A stretch of DNA of 64,000 nucleotides from Dehalococcoidia bacterium (GCA_030602785.1 JAUVZB010000007.1:1420-65419); one strand, 5' to 3'; shown: positions 29,460 to 39,209, numbered from the stretch's first letter. Numbers and translations: made by a program. The notes: generated by a model from the sequence alone, not told the origin.

Positions 29460-30751
29460 CTTCCGGGCACCTCCTGTGTTGTGGATGGTTGTTCCGCGGG
29501 GCCGGCGATGCGGCCGGCAATCGCGCTCGCGGCTGCAACTGCCGGTCCGGCAAGGTAGACCTCGGATTGCGGGCTGCCCATGCGGCCCACGAAATTGCGG
29601 TTCGTCGTTGAAAGGCAGCGCTCGCCCGGAGCGAGGACCCCCATGTAGCCTCCGAGGCAGGGGCCGCAGGTGGGCGTACTGACGACGGCTCCGGCATCCA
29701 CGAAGACGCGCAGAAGACCCTCATCCAGGGCGTCGCCGTAGACGCGCTGGGAGCCCGGTATGACGATACACCGAACGTCCGGGTGAATCGTCTGCCCACG
29801 GAGGATCTCCGCGGCGATTCTGAGGTCGCCGAGCCTGCCGTTTGTGCAGCTGCCGATGACGACCTGGTCGATGGGGACTGTGCCTGCCTGGCTCAGCGGC
29901 TTGACGTTGGAAGGCAGGTGTGGGAAGGCCACGCTTGGCTCCACGTCAGCGGCGTTGTACTCGATGACACGGGAGTAGTCGGCGTCGGTGTCGGTCGTGT
30001 AGCTGACGATAGGCCTGGGGCCGGACGTGGGTGGGTGGGCGGCCACGTATGCCTCGGTCGCAGCGTCAACGGGGAAAATGCCTGCCTTCGCCCCGGCCTC
30101 GATGGCCATGTTCGCCATCGTGAAGCGGCCGTCCATGTTGAGCGAGGTGATTGCCTCGCCGTGAAACTCCATAGCGGCATAGAGAGCGCCATCGATGCCG
30201 ATGTCGCCGATGATGTGGAGGATGAGGTCCTTGCCTCCCACCCATGGCTGTAGCTGTCCGTGGAACACGAACTTGATGGTGGGAGGCACCTTCATCCATA
30301 TATCGCCGGTTGCCATGGCTACGGCGATATCCGTCGAACCCATTCCCGTGGCAAAGGCGCCAAGCGCACCATACGTGCACGTGTGGGAGTCAGCCCCGAC
30401 GATGACCTGTCCCGGGCTGACCAGGCCCTGCTCAGGCAGCAGGACGTGCTCTATGCCGGCACGCCCCGCCTCGAAGTACACGAGACCTTGTTCTCGGGAG
30501 AAGTCACGCAGGGCCTTCGCCTGTATGGCGGAGGCTATATCCTTGTTGGGTATGAAGTGGTCCGGGACCATGACCACCTTCCCCGGGTCGAACACACGGG
30601 ATACGCCGAGCTTTCGGAATTCCTTAATTGAGAGCGGTCCGGTGATGTCGTTGGCCATCACGACATCAACGGATACGTTGACCAGATCGCCGGGTGAGAT
30701 GTTCTCTCGTCCAGCGTGAGCTGCGAGTATCTTCTCTGCAACCGTTGCCAT
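29456..30751 (-). CDS. leuC: 3-isopropylmalate dehydratase large subunit (short/archaeal-type)
   Basis: Aconitase-family Cys ligands (ADSHTCTYGA..., GSCTNGR..., TCGPCLG). 431 aa. Confidence 0.9.
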   Translation of the reverse strand: MATVAEKILAAHAGRENISPGDLVNVSVDVVMANDITGPLSIKEFRKLGVSRVFDPGKVVMVPDHFIPNKDIASAIQAKALRDFSREQGLVYFEAGRAGIEHVLLPEQGLVSPGQVIVGADSHTCTYGALGAFATGMGSTDIAVAMATGDIWMKVPPTIKFVFHGQLQPWVGGKDLILHIIGDIGIDGALYAAMEFHGEAITSLNMDGRFTMANMAIEAGAKAGIFPVDAATEAYVAAHPPTSGPRPIVSYTTDTDADYSRVIEYNAADVEPSVAFPHLPSNVKPLSQAGTVPIDQVVIGSCTNGRLGDLRIAAEILRGQTIHPDVRCIVIPGSQRVYGDALDEGLLRVFVDAGAVVSTPTCGPCLGGYMGVLAPGERCLSTTNRNFVGRMGSPQSEVYLAGPAVAAASAIAGRIAGPAEQPSTTQEVPGR

Positions 30752-32328
30752 CAGGCAGCCTCCTGGACCCCCGGTTTCTTGCTCCAGTCTTCCGGCAGCT
30801 GCATCTCGCCGCTGGCCTGCTTGGAGAGAATGAGGCGATTAAGGGCGTTCATGTACGCCTTTGCGCTCGCGACTACTATGTCCGTAGCGGCGCCGCGGCC
30901 GGTGTACATCACGCCGTCGCTCTCGATGCGGATAAGCACCTCACCGATGGCGTCCATTCCCTCCGTGTTTGCGTTGATGCTGAACTCGACGAGCGTATTG
31001 GGGATGCCGACGATGCGGTTGATTACCTTGTACATGGCATCCACAGGGCCTGTGCCCAGCGCCGCATCGGACAGGACTTCGCCGTTTGGACCGATGAGTC
31101 GCACGGCAGCCGAGTGCAGACTGTGGTCGCCGCAGGACACGTCGACATGGTCCAGCCGGTACACCTCTGTTTTGCTGCGCAACTCCTCGCTGACCAGCGA
31201 TTCCAGGTCGCGATCGGATATCTCCCGCTTCTTGTCAGCAAGCTCCTTGAACGCGCGGAAGGCGTGACCGAGGGCTTCCTCTTCCAGGGAGAAGCCCAGC
31301 TCTGCGAGCCGTTCGCGGAACGCATGCTTGCCGCTCAGTTTGCCGAGCACGAGGCTGCTGGCCGGTATCCCGACCGAGCGCGGGTCCATAATCTCGTATG
31401 TCGAGGCTTCCTTGACCATGCCGTCCTGGTGGATGCCGGACTGGTGACGGAAGGCGTTGCCGCCGACTATCGCCTTGTTAGGCTGCACCATGAAGCCGGA
31501 CAGGTCGCTGACAACGCGGCTGGTCTTGTAGATGCGAGTCGTGTCGACGCCGGTGCTGAAACCAAATATGTCGTGTCGGGTCTTCAGCGCCATTACGACC
31601 TCCTCAAGGGCCGCGTTGCCTGCACGCTCGCCGATGCCGTTGACCGTACACTCGATTTGGCGCGCCCCCCGGCGCACTGCCTCCAAACTGTTGGCGACAG
31701 CCATGCCCAGGTCATCATGGCAGTGGACGCTGACGCAAGCGCGGCTGATGTTGGATACCCGGGTCATGACCGCGGCAATGAGGTCGCCGAACTCGTTCGG
31801 CGTGCTGTAGCCGACAGTGTCCGCGATGTTGACGGTCGTTGCCCCCGCATCGATGGCGGTCTCGAGCAGCTGGAAGAGGAATGCCGGCTCCGCTCGTGTT
31901 GCGTCCATCGGGGAGAACTCCACGTCCTCCGTGTATCCCTTGGCCCGCGCCACCATCTCCCGGGCCATCTCGAGCGCCTCCTGGCGGCTTTTCTTGAGCA
32001 TGTGAGCGAGCTGTATGTCGGAGGCTGAGAGGAAGACGTGGATACGCGGGTGCTCTGCCCCGCTTATGGCCTCCCATGCCCTGTCGATGGCTGCCGGCCT
32101 GCAATGTGCCAACCCGCAGATGAAGGGGCGTCGCAACTCGCTCGCAATGAGCTGCACCGCATGGAAGTCACCCTGCGAGCTGATAGGGAAACCAGCTTCG
32201 ATGACGTCAACGCCGAGCTTGTCGAGTTGCCGCGCGATGGCAAGCTTCTCCTGGGGCGTAAGGCTCGTCCCCGCCGACTGCTCCCCATCTCTCAGCGTTG
32301 TATCGAAGATAATCACTCTACCGCTCAT
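30751..32328 (-). CDS. leuA: 2-isopropylmalate synthase (long form with C-terminal LeuA dimerisation/regulatory domain)
   Basis: RVIIFDTTLRDGEQ, HCHDDLGMAVANSL. Start at MSGRVIIF (ATG 32328). Confidence 0.85.
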   Translation of the reverse strand: MSGRVIIFDTTLRDGEQSAGTSLTPQEKLAIARQLDKLGVDVIEAGFPISSQGDFHAVQLIASELRRPFICGLAHCRPAAIDRAWEAISGAEHPRIHVFLSASDIQLAHMLKKSRQEALEMAREMVARAKGYTEDVEFSPMDATRAEPAFLFQLLETAIDAGATTVNIADTVGYSTPNEFGDLIAAVMTRVSNISRACVSVHCHDDLGMAVANSLEAVRRGARQIECTVNGIGERAGNAALEEVVMALKTRHDIFGFSTGVDTTRIYKTSRVVSDLSGFMVQPNKAIVGGNAFRHQSGIHQDGMVKEASTYEIMDPRSVGIPASSLVLGKLSGKHAFRERLAELGFSLEEEALGHAFRAFKELADKKREISDRDLESLVSEELRSKTEVYRLDHVDVSCGDHSLHSAAVRLIGPNGEVLSDAALGTGPVDAMYKVINRIVGIPNTLVEFSINANTEGMDAIGEVLIRIESDGVMYTGRGAATDIVVASAKAYMNALNRLILSKQASGEMQLPEDWSKKPGVQEAA

Positions 32329-32384
32329 CCGTGCTCCTTTCGGTGAGTTGTCCGACGGGTGGTTCCCGTCGTCGCCGCTAATGT

Positions 32385-33377
32385 CTACTTCTTCGTCCAT
32401 GGCATCATCTCCCTCAGTTGCTCGCCGACCACTTCGATGAGCTCCTTCTGTTCACTTCGCTTCATGGAGTTGAAGTGAGGCCGTCCCGCCTGGTTCTCGG
32501 TCACCCACTCGAGGGCGAAGGTCCCGTCCTTGACCTCCTGGAGTATCCTGCGCATCTCTTCCCTGACCGACTCGTTGATTACACGCGGGCCTCTGGTGTA
32601 GTCGCCGAACTCTGCGATGTCGCTGACGGAGTAGCGCATGTATTTGAGTCCGCCCTGGTATATGAGGTCAACAATCAGCTTGAGCTCATTCAGGCACTCG
32701 AAATACGCAATCTCGGGCTGGTAGCCGGCCTCGACGAGCGTGTCGAAGCCCGCCTTGATGAGCGCTGTCACCCCTCCGCACAAAACAGCCTGCTCGCCGA
32801 AAAGGTCTGTCTCGGTCTCTTCTGCAAACGTCGTTTCAATGACTCCCGCTCGTGTGCAGCCGATACCCTTTGCATAGGCAAGCGCAACTTGCTTGGCCTT
32901 CCCCGAGACATCCTGGTGGATGGCTAAGATTGCCGGTGGTCCTGCATTCTCCTTGTAGATTGAACGCATGAGGTGGCCCGGGCTCTTGGGGGCGACCATG
33001 CTCACGTCGACGTTCGCCGGCGGCACTATCTGGAAGAAGTGGATGTTGAAGCCGTGGGCGAACATGATGGTCTTACCAGCTGCCAAGTTCGGCGCTATCG
33101 AATCTTTGTATATCTCGGCATGAAGGTTGTCCGGGGCAAGAATCGTCAGGATGTCTGCTGCCTTCGTGGCTTCCGCGACGCTCATCACTTTGAAACCATC
33201 GGCCTCGGCGGCCTTCCATCCGGCGCCACCCTGCCTGCTTGCCACGACCACGTCGCAGCCGCTGTCCCTCAGGTTCTGTGCGTGTGCATGGCCCTGGCTG
33301 CCATAGCCGACGATGCCGATGAGCTTGCCTTTGAGTAGTGAAAGGTCCGCGTCTTTTTCGTAGTAGATCTTCGCCAT
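32385..33377 (-). CDS. ilvC: Ketol-acid reductoisomerase
   Basis: [24 protein letters not shown], class I KARI. Confidence 0.9.
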   Translation of the reverse strand: MAKIYYEKDADLSLLKGKLIGIVGYGSQGHAHAQNLRDSGCDVVVASRQGGAGWKAAEADGFKVMSVAEATKAADILTILAPDNLHAEIYKDSIAPNLAAGKTIMFAHGFNIHFFQIVPPANVDVSMVAPKSPGHLMRSIYKENAGPPAILAIHQDVSGKAKQVALAYAKGIGCTRAGVIETTFAEETETDLFGEQAVLCGGVTALIKAGFDTLVEAGYQPEIAYFECLNELKLIVDLIYQGGLKYMRYSVSDIAEFGDYTRGPRVINESVREEMRRILQEVKDGTFALEWVTENQAGRPHFNSMKRSEQKELIEVVGEQLREMMPWTKK

Positions 33378-33394
33378 TTGAAATCCTCCTTACT

Positions 33395-33907
33395 CTATGT
33401 CGATTGCTGCTTTTCTTGTGAGAACACGCCTCGGGTGAGGGCCGTTCTTCCCGTGCGGGCCAGCTCCTGCATGCCGAAGTCGCGTAGCATCTTGATGAGG
33501 GAATCTATCTTGTCCTCGTCACCCGTAACCTCAACCGTCAATGAGTCCGGCGCCACGTCAACGATATTGGCGCGGAAGACATCCACGATTTGCATAATCT
33601 CGCTTCGGGTCGTGGCTGATGCCGAGACCTTGATGAGCGCCAGTTCGCGGACTACCTTATCTTCTCTTGTGATGTCGGTCACGCTCACGACGTTGATGAG
33701 TTTGTCGAGTTGCTTCGTAACCTGCTCGACCTCCGCGTCGTCTCCGATAACGACGACGGTCATCCGGGAGAGGCCAGGCTGCTCGCAGTGGCCGACCGAG
33801 AGGCTCTCAATGTTGAACCCCCGGCGTCTGAAGAGCCCCGCGACCCGGGTGAGGACGCCCGGCTCGTCTTGTACAAGTGAGACCAGTGTGTGTCGCTTGC
33901 CCTGCAT
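33395..33907 (-). CDS. ilvN: Acetolactate synthase small (regulatory) subunit
   Basis: ACT domain HTLVSLVQDEPGVLTRVAGLFRRRGFNIESL. Confidence 0.85.
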   Translation of the reverse strand: MQGKRHTLVSLVQDEPGVLTRVAGLFRRRGFNIESLSVGHCEQPGLSRMTVVVIGDDAEVEQVTKQLDKLINVVSVTDITREDKVVRELALIKVSASATTRSEIMQIVDVFRANIVDVAPDSLTVEVTGDEDKIDSLIKMLRDFGMQELARTGRTALTRGVFSQEKQQST

Positions 33908-33917
33908 GTTTTCTCTC

Positions 33918-35612
33918 CTATGACCTTCCCGCACGTGCAGGCTGCGGCGCCTTGATCATGCAGTCGAGGTTCTGTCCGGGCGCGACGATCGGGTACACGT
34001 TCTCTTCCGGCTCGACTGAGAACTCTATCAGAAACGGTCCCTGGTGCGCATTCGCCCTGTCAAAGGCTGCCGGCACGTCGCACTCATTCTCGACACGCAC
34101 GGCCGGAATCCCGTATGCGTCGGCGAGTTTCACAAAGTCGGGTGCGTGAATGGCAACGTCGACGTAGTTGCGGTTGAAGAAGAGATCCTGCCACTGCCTT
34201 ACCATGCCAAGGTATCCGTTGTTGACGATGGCTATCTTGACGGGCAGGCCCTCCTGGACGATGGTCGAGAGCTCCTGCATTGTCATCTGGAAGCTGCCAT
34301 CTCCAGCCACGATCCACACTGCCTCGTCCGGGCACGCAATCTGCGCGCCCAGTGCTGCGGGTAGCTCGAAGCCCATCGTGCCGAGACCGCCGGAGGAGAG
34401 GAATCCGTTGAGGCGTGGTGCCGCGTACTCCTGAGCCGCAAACATCTGGTGCTGGCCGACGCCGGTCACGACGATGGTCTTCTCGTCGATCGATTCGTAT
34501 AGCCGGCGGATTACCCGTCGTGCGGAGAGCTTCGTGCCGGGGGTGTGTTCCACCAGCGGATTCGAGGAACGCCATGACTCCACCTGTGCCAGCCATGCAG
34601 GCCTATCCGACTTCCTTAGCAGGGGGTTGATCTGGCCAAGTACCGTCTTCACGTCGCCGACGAGGGAGGCGTAGGGAACGATGTTCTTGCCTATCTCGGC
34701 CGAGTCGATGTCGATGTGGACCACGATCGCCTTGGGAGCGAATTCGCTCGCCTTCATCGTCGCACGGTCGCCGAAGCGGGTGCCGATTGCAAGGATGAGG
34801 TCGGCATCCTGGACGGCCTTGTTTGCATACACGGCGCCGTGCATGCCGAACATCCCCAGGTTGAGGTAGTGCTGCGGCGGAAGCGAGCCGAGTCCCAGCA
34901 TCGTGTGCACAACCGGCGCCTGCAGGGTCTCGACGAGTTCTCTCAGCTCTTCATGCGCCCGGGATATGATTACTCCCCTTCCTGCGATGACTACTGGCCG
35001 TTCCGCCCTGTTGAGCAGTTCCGCCACAGTCGCAACATGTGCCTGGTTGGCCTCTGTGACGGGCTTGTAGCCCGGCAGGTTGACTGTGTCAGGGTAGGAG
35101 AACTCCGTCTCCTGCTGTTGGACATCCTTCGGGATATCCACCAGGACGGGCCCGGGCCGTCCTGTCTGCGCGATGTGGAAGGCCTCCTTGATGATGGTGG
35201 CGAGGTCGGCGGCATCGCGCACCAGGTAGCTGTGTTTGGTGACTGGCAGCGTGATGCCGGTAATGTCGGTCTCCTGGAAAGCGTCCTTGCCGATGAAGGA
35301 GCTGGCTACCTGCCCCGTGATGACCACGAGAGGTGTGGAATCGAGGTATGCGTCAGTGATGCCGGTAACGAGGTTTGTGGCCCCCGGCCCTGACGTTCCC
35401 ACGCAGACGCCTGCCCTGTGCCTGACGCGCGCATATCCGGCCGCAGCGTGAGCGGCGGCCTGCTCATGGCGCACAAGCACCCGGCGAATCTGGGGGTACT
35501 GCGAGAAGGCATCGTACAGCGGAATGACGGTGCCGCCTGAAATGCCGAAGATTACGTCCACTCCCTCTTGCAGGAGGCTTTCGCAGAGGATCTGTGCACC
35601 TGTCTTCTTCAT
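33918..35612 (-). CDS. ilvB: Acetolactate synthase large subunit
   Basis: TPP enzyme with GDGSFQM motif. Start at MKKTGAQIL (ATG 35612) with GGGAGAG SD. The 5' extension in the track ORF would read through the leader/terminator. Confidence 0.9.
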   Translation of the reverse strand: MKKTGAQILCESLLQEGVDVIFGISGGTVIPLYDAFSQYPQIRRVLVRHEQAAAHAAAGYARVRHRAGVCVGTSGPGATNLVTGITDAYLDSTPLVVITGQVASSFIGKDAFQETDITGITLPVTKHSYLVRDAADLATIIKEAFHIAQTGRPGPVLVDIPKDVQQQETEFSYPDTVNLPGYKPVTEANQAHVATVAELLNRAERPVVIAGRGVIISRAHEELRELVETLQAPVVHTMLGLGSLPPQHYLNLGMFGMHGAVYANKAVQDADLILAIGTRFGDRATMKASEFAPKAIVVHIDIDSAEIGKNIVPYASLVGDVKTVLGQINPLLRKSDRPAWLAQVESWRSSNPLVEHTPGTKLSARRVIRRLYESIDEKTIVVTGVGQHQMFAAQEYAAPRLNGFLSSGGLGTMGFELPAALGAQIACPDEAVWIVAGDGSFQMTMQELSTIVQEGLPVKIAIVNNGYLGMVRQWQDLFFNRNYVDVAIHAPDFVKLADAYGIPAVRVENECDVPAAFDRANAHQGPFLIEFSVEPEENVYPIVAPGQNLDCMIKAPQPARAGRS

Positions 35613-35656
35613 AACTCTCCCTTCTCTGTCGCTGTTCGCGCTTCGCTTGTCCGCTC

Positions 35657-35692
35657 GAAAAAAGAAGGGGCCCTCCCACTTGGGAAGGCCCC
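35657..35692 (-). terminator. Attenuator terminator in the ilvB leader
   Basis: RNA 5'-GGGGCCUUCCC-AAGU-GGGAGGGCCCC-3', an 11-bp stem with one G.U pair, followed by UUCUUUUUUC. Lies 45 nt upstream of the ilvB ATG and 29 nt downstream of the leader-peptide stop. Confidence 0.7.
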
Positions 35693-35721
35693 TCTGCTTC
35701 GACTCTTGTTCCTGATATGGT

Positions 35722-35817
35722 CTAGCCTGCAAGCCTCCCAAGCGCACTTGAAGTGCGCACAATAATGAGGATGCTAAGGATGAGTCCCCGGGAGACTATG
35801 CGAGCTGTTGTGTCCAT
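35722..35817 (-). CDS. ilvL: ilv-leu operon leader peptide (31 aa, BCAA-rich): MDTTARIVSRGLILSILIIVRTSSALGRLAG
   Basis: ATG at 35817 and TAG at 35722 on the minus strand. The run LILSILIIV gives 8 Ile/Leu/Val in 9 residues. Followed by an intrinsic terminator. Resembles the E. coli ilvL/ivbL leader peptides. Not in the ORF track because it is shorter than 60 aa. Confidence 0.65.
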   Translation of the reverse strand: MDTTARIVSRGLILSILIIVRTSSALGRLAG

Positions 35818-35834
35818 AATCGTAATAGCTGGGT

Positions 35835-35864
35835 ATGGTAGAGAGGTGTAGTGCGGTCTGTCAA
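35835..35864 (-). promoter_or_regulatory. Candidate sigma70-type promoter for the ilv leader (TTGACA-18 nt-TACCAT)
   Basis: Perfect -35 TTGACA at 35864-35859 and a weak -10 TACCAT at 35840-35835 on the minus strand. Sits between the dinB stop and the leader ATG. Only about 10 nt of 5' UTR and no SD, so tentative. Confidence 0.3.
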
Positions 35865-35898
35865 GTTCCTCGTGGACGCGCCCGGCATGACTGGAGGC

Positions 35899-37053
35899 TC
35901 AGCGGTCCCTGCCGGAACGTATCGCGCCCTCGCCGAAGCGTTTTCTTATCCGGGCTATGGCCCTCTCGAGGTTCTGGACCATGGCGCTGTCCGGCGCGAA
36001 CATGTCGAGCTGTCGTTGCGGCACCGAGAGTCGTGATGCCCGTACGCCGACGAGGCGAACGCGCCTGTCATTGCCTGCCAGCAACTGCCCCAGTAGTCGC
36101 GTAGCTTCGTCGTACAGCACGCTGCCGGCGTTGGAGCCCTCTTTCAGAGTTGACTGCCTGGTGACAGTCTGGAAATCCTCGTAGCGGAGCTTGAGAGTAA
36201 CGGTTGTGGCTTGTTTCTTGTGCGAGCGCAGGTCCCGCGACAGATGCTCGCACATGGAGCGCAGTGTTCCCTGGAGGAAGGAGATGTCGCGAGTGTCTGC
36301 CTGGAATGTTGTTTCTCTGCTCATCGTTCTGGGCTCGCCACGTGGCTCAACCCTGCTGTTGTCGAGTCCCTGTGCGTAACGGCGGAGCTGCTCTCCGTAT
36401 CTTCCCAGCCTGCGGTGGGCCACGTCCTGTGGCAGAACTGCGAGCTGTCCGATGGTCGACACTCCCAGTTGGCGCAGCGTTTCGCCGGTCTTGCTGCCGA
36501 CGCCGGGGAGCTTGCCAACGGCGAGCTCCGAGAGGAAGAATGCCTCCTCTCCGGGCCTCACAAGCACCAGACCATCGGGCTTGTCGTAGTCTGAGGCCAC
36601 CTTCGCCACGATCTTGCAGGTGGCGATGCCGACGGAGGCAGTCAGTCCGAGGTCGTCGTGAACCCTCTGCTTGAGCTTCGCGGCGTGTGTCCTGGCGGCA
36701 TCGAAGTCGGGCACCAACTCACTGACGTCCAGGAAGGCCTCGTCGAGGCCGAGGGGTTCGACAATCGTAGCCATGGTTTCCAGGAGCCCCATGAATTGCT
36801 GGGAGGCCTTGACGTAGCGCTCGAAGTGGACGGGGACGAAGATGGCGCGAGGACAAAGCCTGCGCGCCTGTACCAGCGGCATGGCAGAATGAACTCCGTA
36901 GCTCCGCGCCTCGTAAGATGCGGCGGAAACGACTCCTCTTGTGCCCGGGTCTCCGCCCACGATGACGGGCTTCCCCTTGAGTGAGGGGTCGTGGAGTTGC
37001 TCCACGGAGACGAAAAACGCGTCGAGGTCCGCGTGGAAGATGCAGAGGGTCAC
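35899..37053 (-). CDS. dinB: DNA polymerase IV (Y-family)
   Basis: IFHADLDAFFVSVEQ...SYEARSYGV and the little-finger domain. 384 aa. Confidence 0.9.
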   Translation of the reverse strand: MTLCIFHADLDAFFVSVEQLHDPSLKGKPVIVGGDPGTRGVVSAASYEARSYGVHSAMPLVQARRLCPRAIFVPVHFERYVKASQQFMGLLETMATIVEPLGLDEAFLDVSELVPDFDAARTHAAKLKQRVHDDLGLTASVGIATCKIVAKVASDYDKPDGLVLVRPGEEAFFLSELAVGKLPGVGSKTGETLRQLGVSTIGQLAVLPQDVAHRRLGRYGEQLRRYAQGLDNSRVEPRGEPRTMSRETTFQADTRDISFLQGTLRSMCEHLSRDLRSHKKQATTVTLKLRYEDFQTVTRQSTLKEGSNAGSVLYDEATRLLGQLLAGNDRRVRLVGVRASRLSVPQRQLDMFAPDSAMVQNLERAIARIRKRFGEGAIRSGRDR

Positions 37054-37107
37054 AGCCGGATTGTAGTGGGACGCGGTCGTGAGTGCAACATAATGCTGTG
37101 CGCGGGA

Positions 37108-37314
37108 CTAGGTGTCCCCTTGCTCACCTGCCTGCCTCCGAACCCTTCTCACTCTCGTACGGAACTCGTGGCGTGGGAGGAGCACAACACGGCCGCAGCC
37201 GAGGCACTTGAGTCCGACGTCTGCGCCGATTCTCGTGACCTCCCATGTGGTGCTGCCGCATGGGTGAGCTTTGCGCAGGGTGACCATGTCGCCGAGCTGG
37301 ATGTCGGTCGCCAT
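37108..37314 (-). CDS. DUF951-family small protein
   Basis: 68 aa. GDMVTLRKAHPCGSTTWEVTRIGADVGLKCLGCGRVVLL matches the DUF951 consensus. Confidence 0.6.
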   Translation of the reverse strand: MATDIQLGDMVTLRKAHPCGSTTWEVTRIGADVGLKCLGCGRVVLLPRHEFRTRVRRVRRQAGEQGDT

Positions 37315-37339
37315 GTAGCCGTCTCCTTCGATGGCGCGT

Positions 37340-38140
37340 TCACGCGCCGGGACGGTGCTCGTTTATTTCGTCCCGCAGCGCGCTCGCGGCGGCCCGTGCC
37401 GCTCCGGCGAAATCCGATTCCTGCGAGGCATAGAGCACCTTGCGCGAGACGTTGATTATGGCATTGGTCCCTGACTCGTCGATGCCGCGCCGCACCACGG
37501 CGGGCAGGTCGCCGCCCTGTGCACCGATACCGGGCACCAGCAGGCACATCGCGGGACACAACTCCCGGATGCGTGCCAGTTCGTCCGGATAGGTGGCTCC
37601 GACGACAAGGCCGATGTTCCCGTGGACATTCCACTCGCGGGCTTTTTCCGCCACGTGCTCGTACAGCGGACGGCCGTCTACCCGGAGGTCCTGGAAGTCC
37701 CTTGCGCTCGGATTCGATGTGCGACAGAGGAGAAACACTCCCTTGTCTTCGTAGCTGGTGAACGGCTCAACGGAATCGAAACCGAGGTACGGGCTCACGG
37801 TAGCCGCGTCGAAGCCGAAGTGGTCGTACAGGGCTCTCGCGTACTCCCTCGCGGTGTTGCCGATGTCGCCTCGCTTGGCGTCGCCGATGGTGGGGATGTC
37901 CGAAGGTATGAGTGCGAGCGTCTCCTCGAGCGCTCGCACTCCTTCGAGTCCGGCTGCCTCGTAGAACGCGAGGTTGGGCTTGTAGGCGCACACCAGGTCA
38001 CGCGTCGCGTCGATGATTGCCCGGTTGAACTGAGCCATTGTCACGCCTGGAGGCATGAGACGCGGGTTCGGGTCCAGTCCCACGCAGAGCAGGCTGTTGT
38101 TGCGTGCAATGGCGTCTCGGAGTTTTGTCTGGAAGTTCAT
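37340..38140 (-). CDS. pyrF: Orotidine 5'-phosphate decarboxylase (type 2, long form)
   Basis: LCVGLDP...GDAKRGDIGNT. 266 aa. Confidence 0.85.
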   Translation of the reverse strand: MNFQTKLRDAIARNNSLLCVGLDPNPRLMPPGVTMAQFNRAIIDATRDLVCAYKPNLAFYEAAGLEGVRALEETLALIPSDIPTIGDAKRGDIGNTAREYARALYDHFGFDAATVSPYLGFDSVEPFTSYEDKGVFLLCRTSNPSARDFQDLRVDGRPLYEHVAEKAREWNVHGNIGLVVGATYPDELARIRELCPAMCLLVPGIGAQGGDLPAVVRRGIDESGTNAIINVSRKVLYASQESDFAGAARAAASALRDEINEHRPGA

Positions 38141-38155
38141 GCCGTCTTCCCTGGC

Positions 38156-38641
38156 CTAGTAGTTGACGATGGTGTTAGTGCTGCGCGCGACGAGTTCGTC
38201 TCGCTGGTTTACAGACTCGGCCTCGTACACGAGGATGAACATCTCGCCAAGCCGGCCCTCACGTCTCTTGACGTCTGTCAATTTCGTTCGCGAGGTAATC
38301 ACGTCTCCTGCTCGCAGTGGAGTGAAGAACTCCCACGCCTCCTCGCCCTCAAGGGTGTTCTCCCTGGGCAACGGCACCTCGGGGACGGGGATTGGAATCA
38401 CCCCCGCCTCCGGGCTGCAGCGGGCGATTGTCATGCACGCGCAGAAGATATGAGGCGGCACGATGGTGCCGCCGTGGCGGGTCGCCTTCGCGTAATCCTC
38501 GTCGGTCCACAGGGGGTTCGGGTCCTGAACGGCCTCCACGAAGTGCCGCACCAGCTCCTTCTCTACATGCAGCACGTGAGGCTTCGCCTCGGTGCCGATG
38601 AACTTCTGCATATCTTCGAGTGTGAGTAGTCTCTCGTTCAC
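38156..38641 (-). CDS. Hot-dog fold protein, MaoC-dehydratase N-terminal-like (HadA-like non-catalytic partner)
   Basis: 161 aa hot-dog fold without a D-x4-H catalytic motif. Sits directly upstream of a MaoC dehydratase. Confidence 0.55.
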   Translation of the reverse strand: MNERLLTLEDMQKFIGTEAKPHVLHVEKELVRHFVEAVQDPNPLWTDEDYAKATRHGGTIVPPHIFCACMTIARCSPEAGVIPIPVPEVPLPRENTLEGEEAWEFFTPLRAGDVITSRTKLTDVKRREGRLGEMFILVYEAESVNQRDELVARSTNTIVNY

Positions 38642-38674
38642 AGCGACAACCTCCTTCAGTGGTCTGGGTAGCCG

Positions 38675-39109
38675 TCACGCGCCGCGCGACGGCAGCGATA
38701 CCGTGGCGAAACCCTGGGTCGTTATCGATCCGTCCGGTCTCTCTGTCCTGATGTCGAGGTCGACCAGGTGTTCGTTTCCTTCCACCCGTTTTGCCGTCAC
38801 GGTGCCCCTGATTGACATGTCCTCGTTCGACGGGTCCGTGCCCTTATAGCGGCAGCTCATCTTCTTCAGCGCGCCGTCGGGGCCTATCCAATCCGTCAGG
38901 AGCTGGCCGAGGAATGCGGCCTTGAGACGGCCGTGCACGACGACGTTGTCAAGCTTGTTCTTCCTCGCGAAATCGGTATCGTAGTGAATCTCGTAGAAGT
39001 CCTCCGATGCGCCCGCCCACATGACGAGTTGACGCCTTGTCGGATGCTTCTTCAGCGCGGGGATTTCCTGACCCTCCGCAACGTCTTCGTAGTACACCTG
39101 CTGTGCCAC
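38675..39109 (-). CDS. MaoC-family (R)-specific enoyl-CoA hydratase (HadB-like)
   Basis: 144 aa with a ...SEDFYEIHYDTDFA... hydratase-motif region (D/H present) and HGRLKAAF. Confidence 0.65.
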   Translation of the reverse strand: MAQQVYYEDVAEGQEIPALKKHPTRRQLVMWAGASEDFYEIHYDTDFARKNKLDNVVVHGRLKAAFLGQLLTDWIGPDGALKKMSCRYKGTDPSNEDMSIRGTVTAKRVEGNEHLVDLDIRTERPDGSITTQGFATVSLPSRGA

Positions 39110-39209
39110 GCCGTATCCCTCCGGGTGAGTAGTGCTTGTATTGTAGGGGTAGCCCCGTCACGTTGCAAGGAGGCGATGGGCAGCGGTGCTATAATCGGCG
39201 GCTATCAGC

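Noticed and set aside
30694-32028. 444-aa plus-strand ORF antisense to leuA
   Set aside because: Antisense to a clear 2-isopropylmalate synthase.
33918-35762. N-terminal 50-codon extension of the ilvB track ORF (TTG at 35762)
   Set aside because: It would read through the attenuator terminator and overlap the leader peptide in another frame. A canonical ATG with SD at 35612 gives the expected ALS N-terminus.
37622-38629. 335-aa plus-strand ORF antisense to pyrF and the hot-dog gene
   Set aside because: Antisense artefact in GC-rich sequence.
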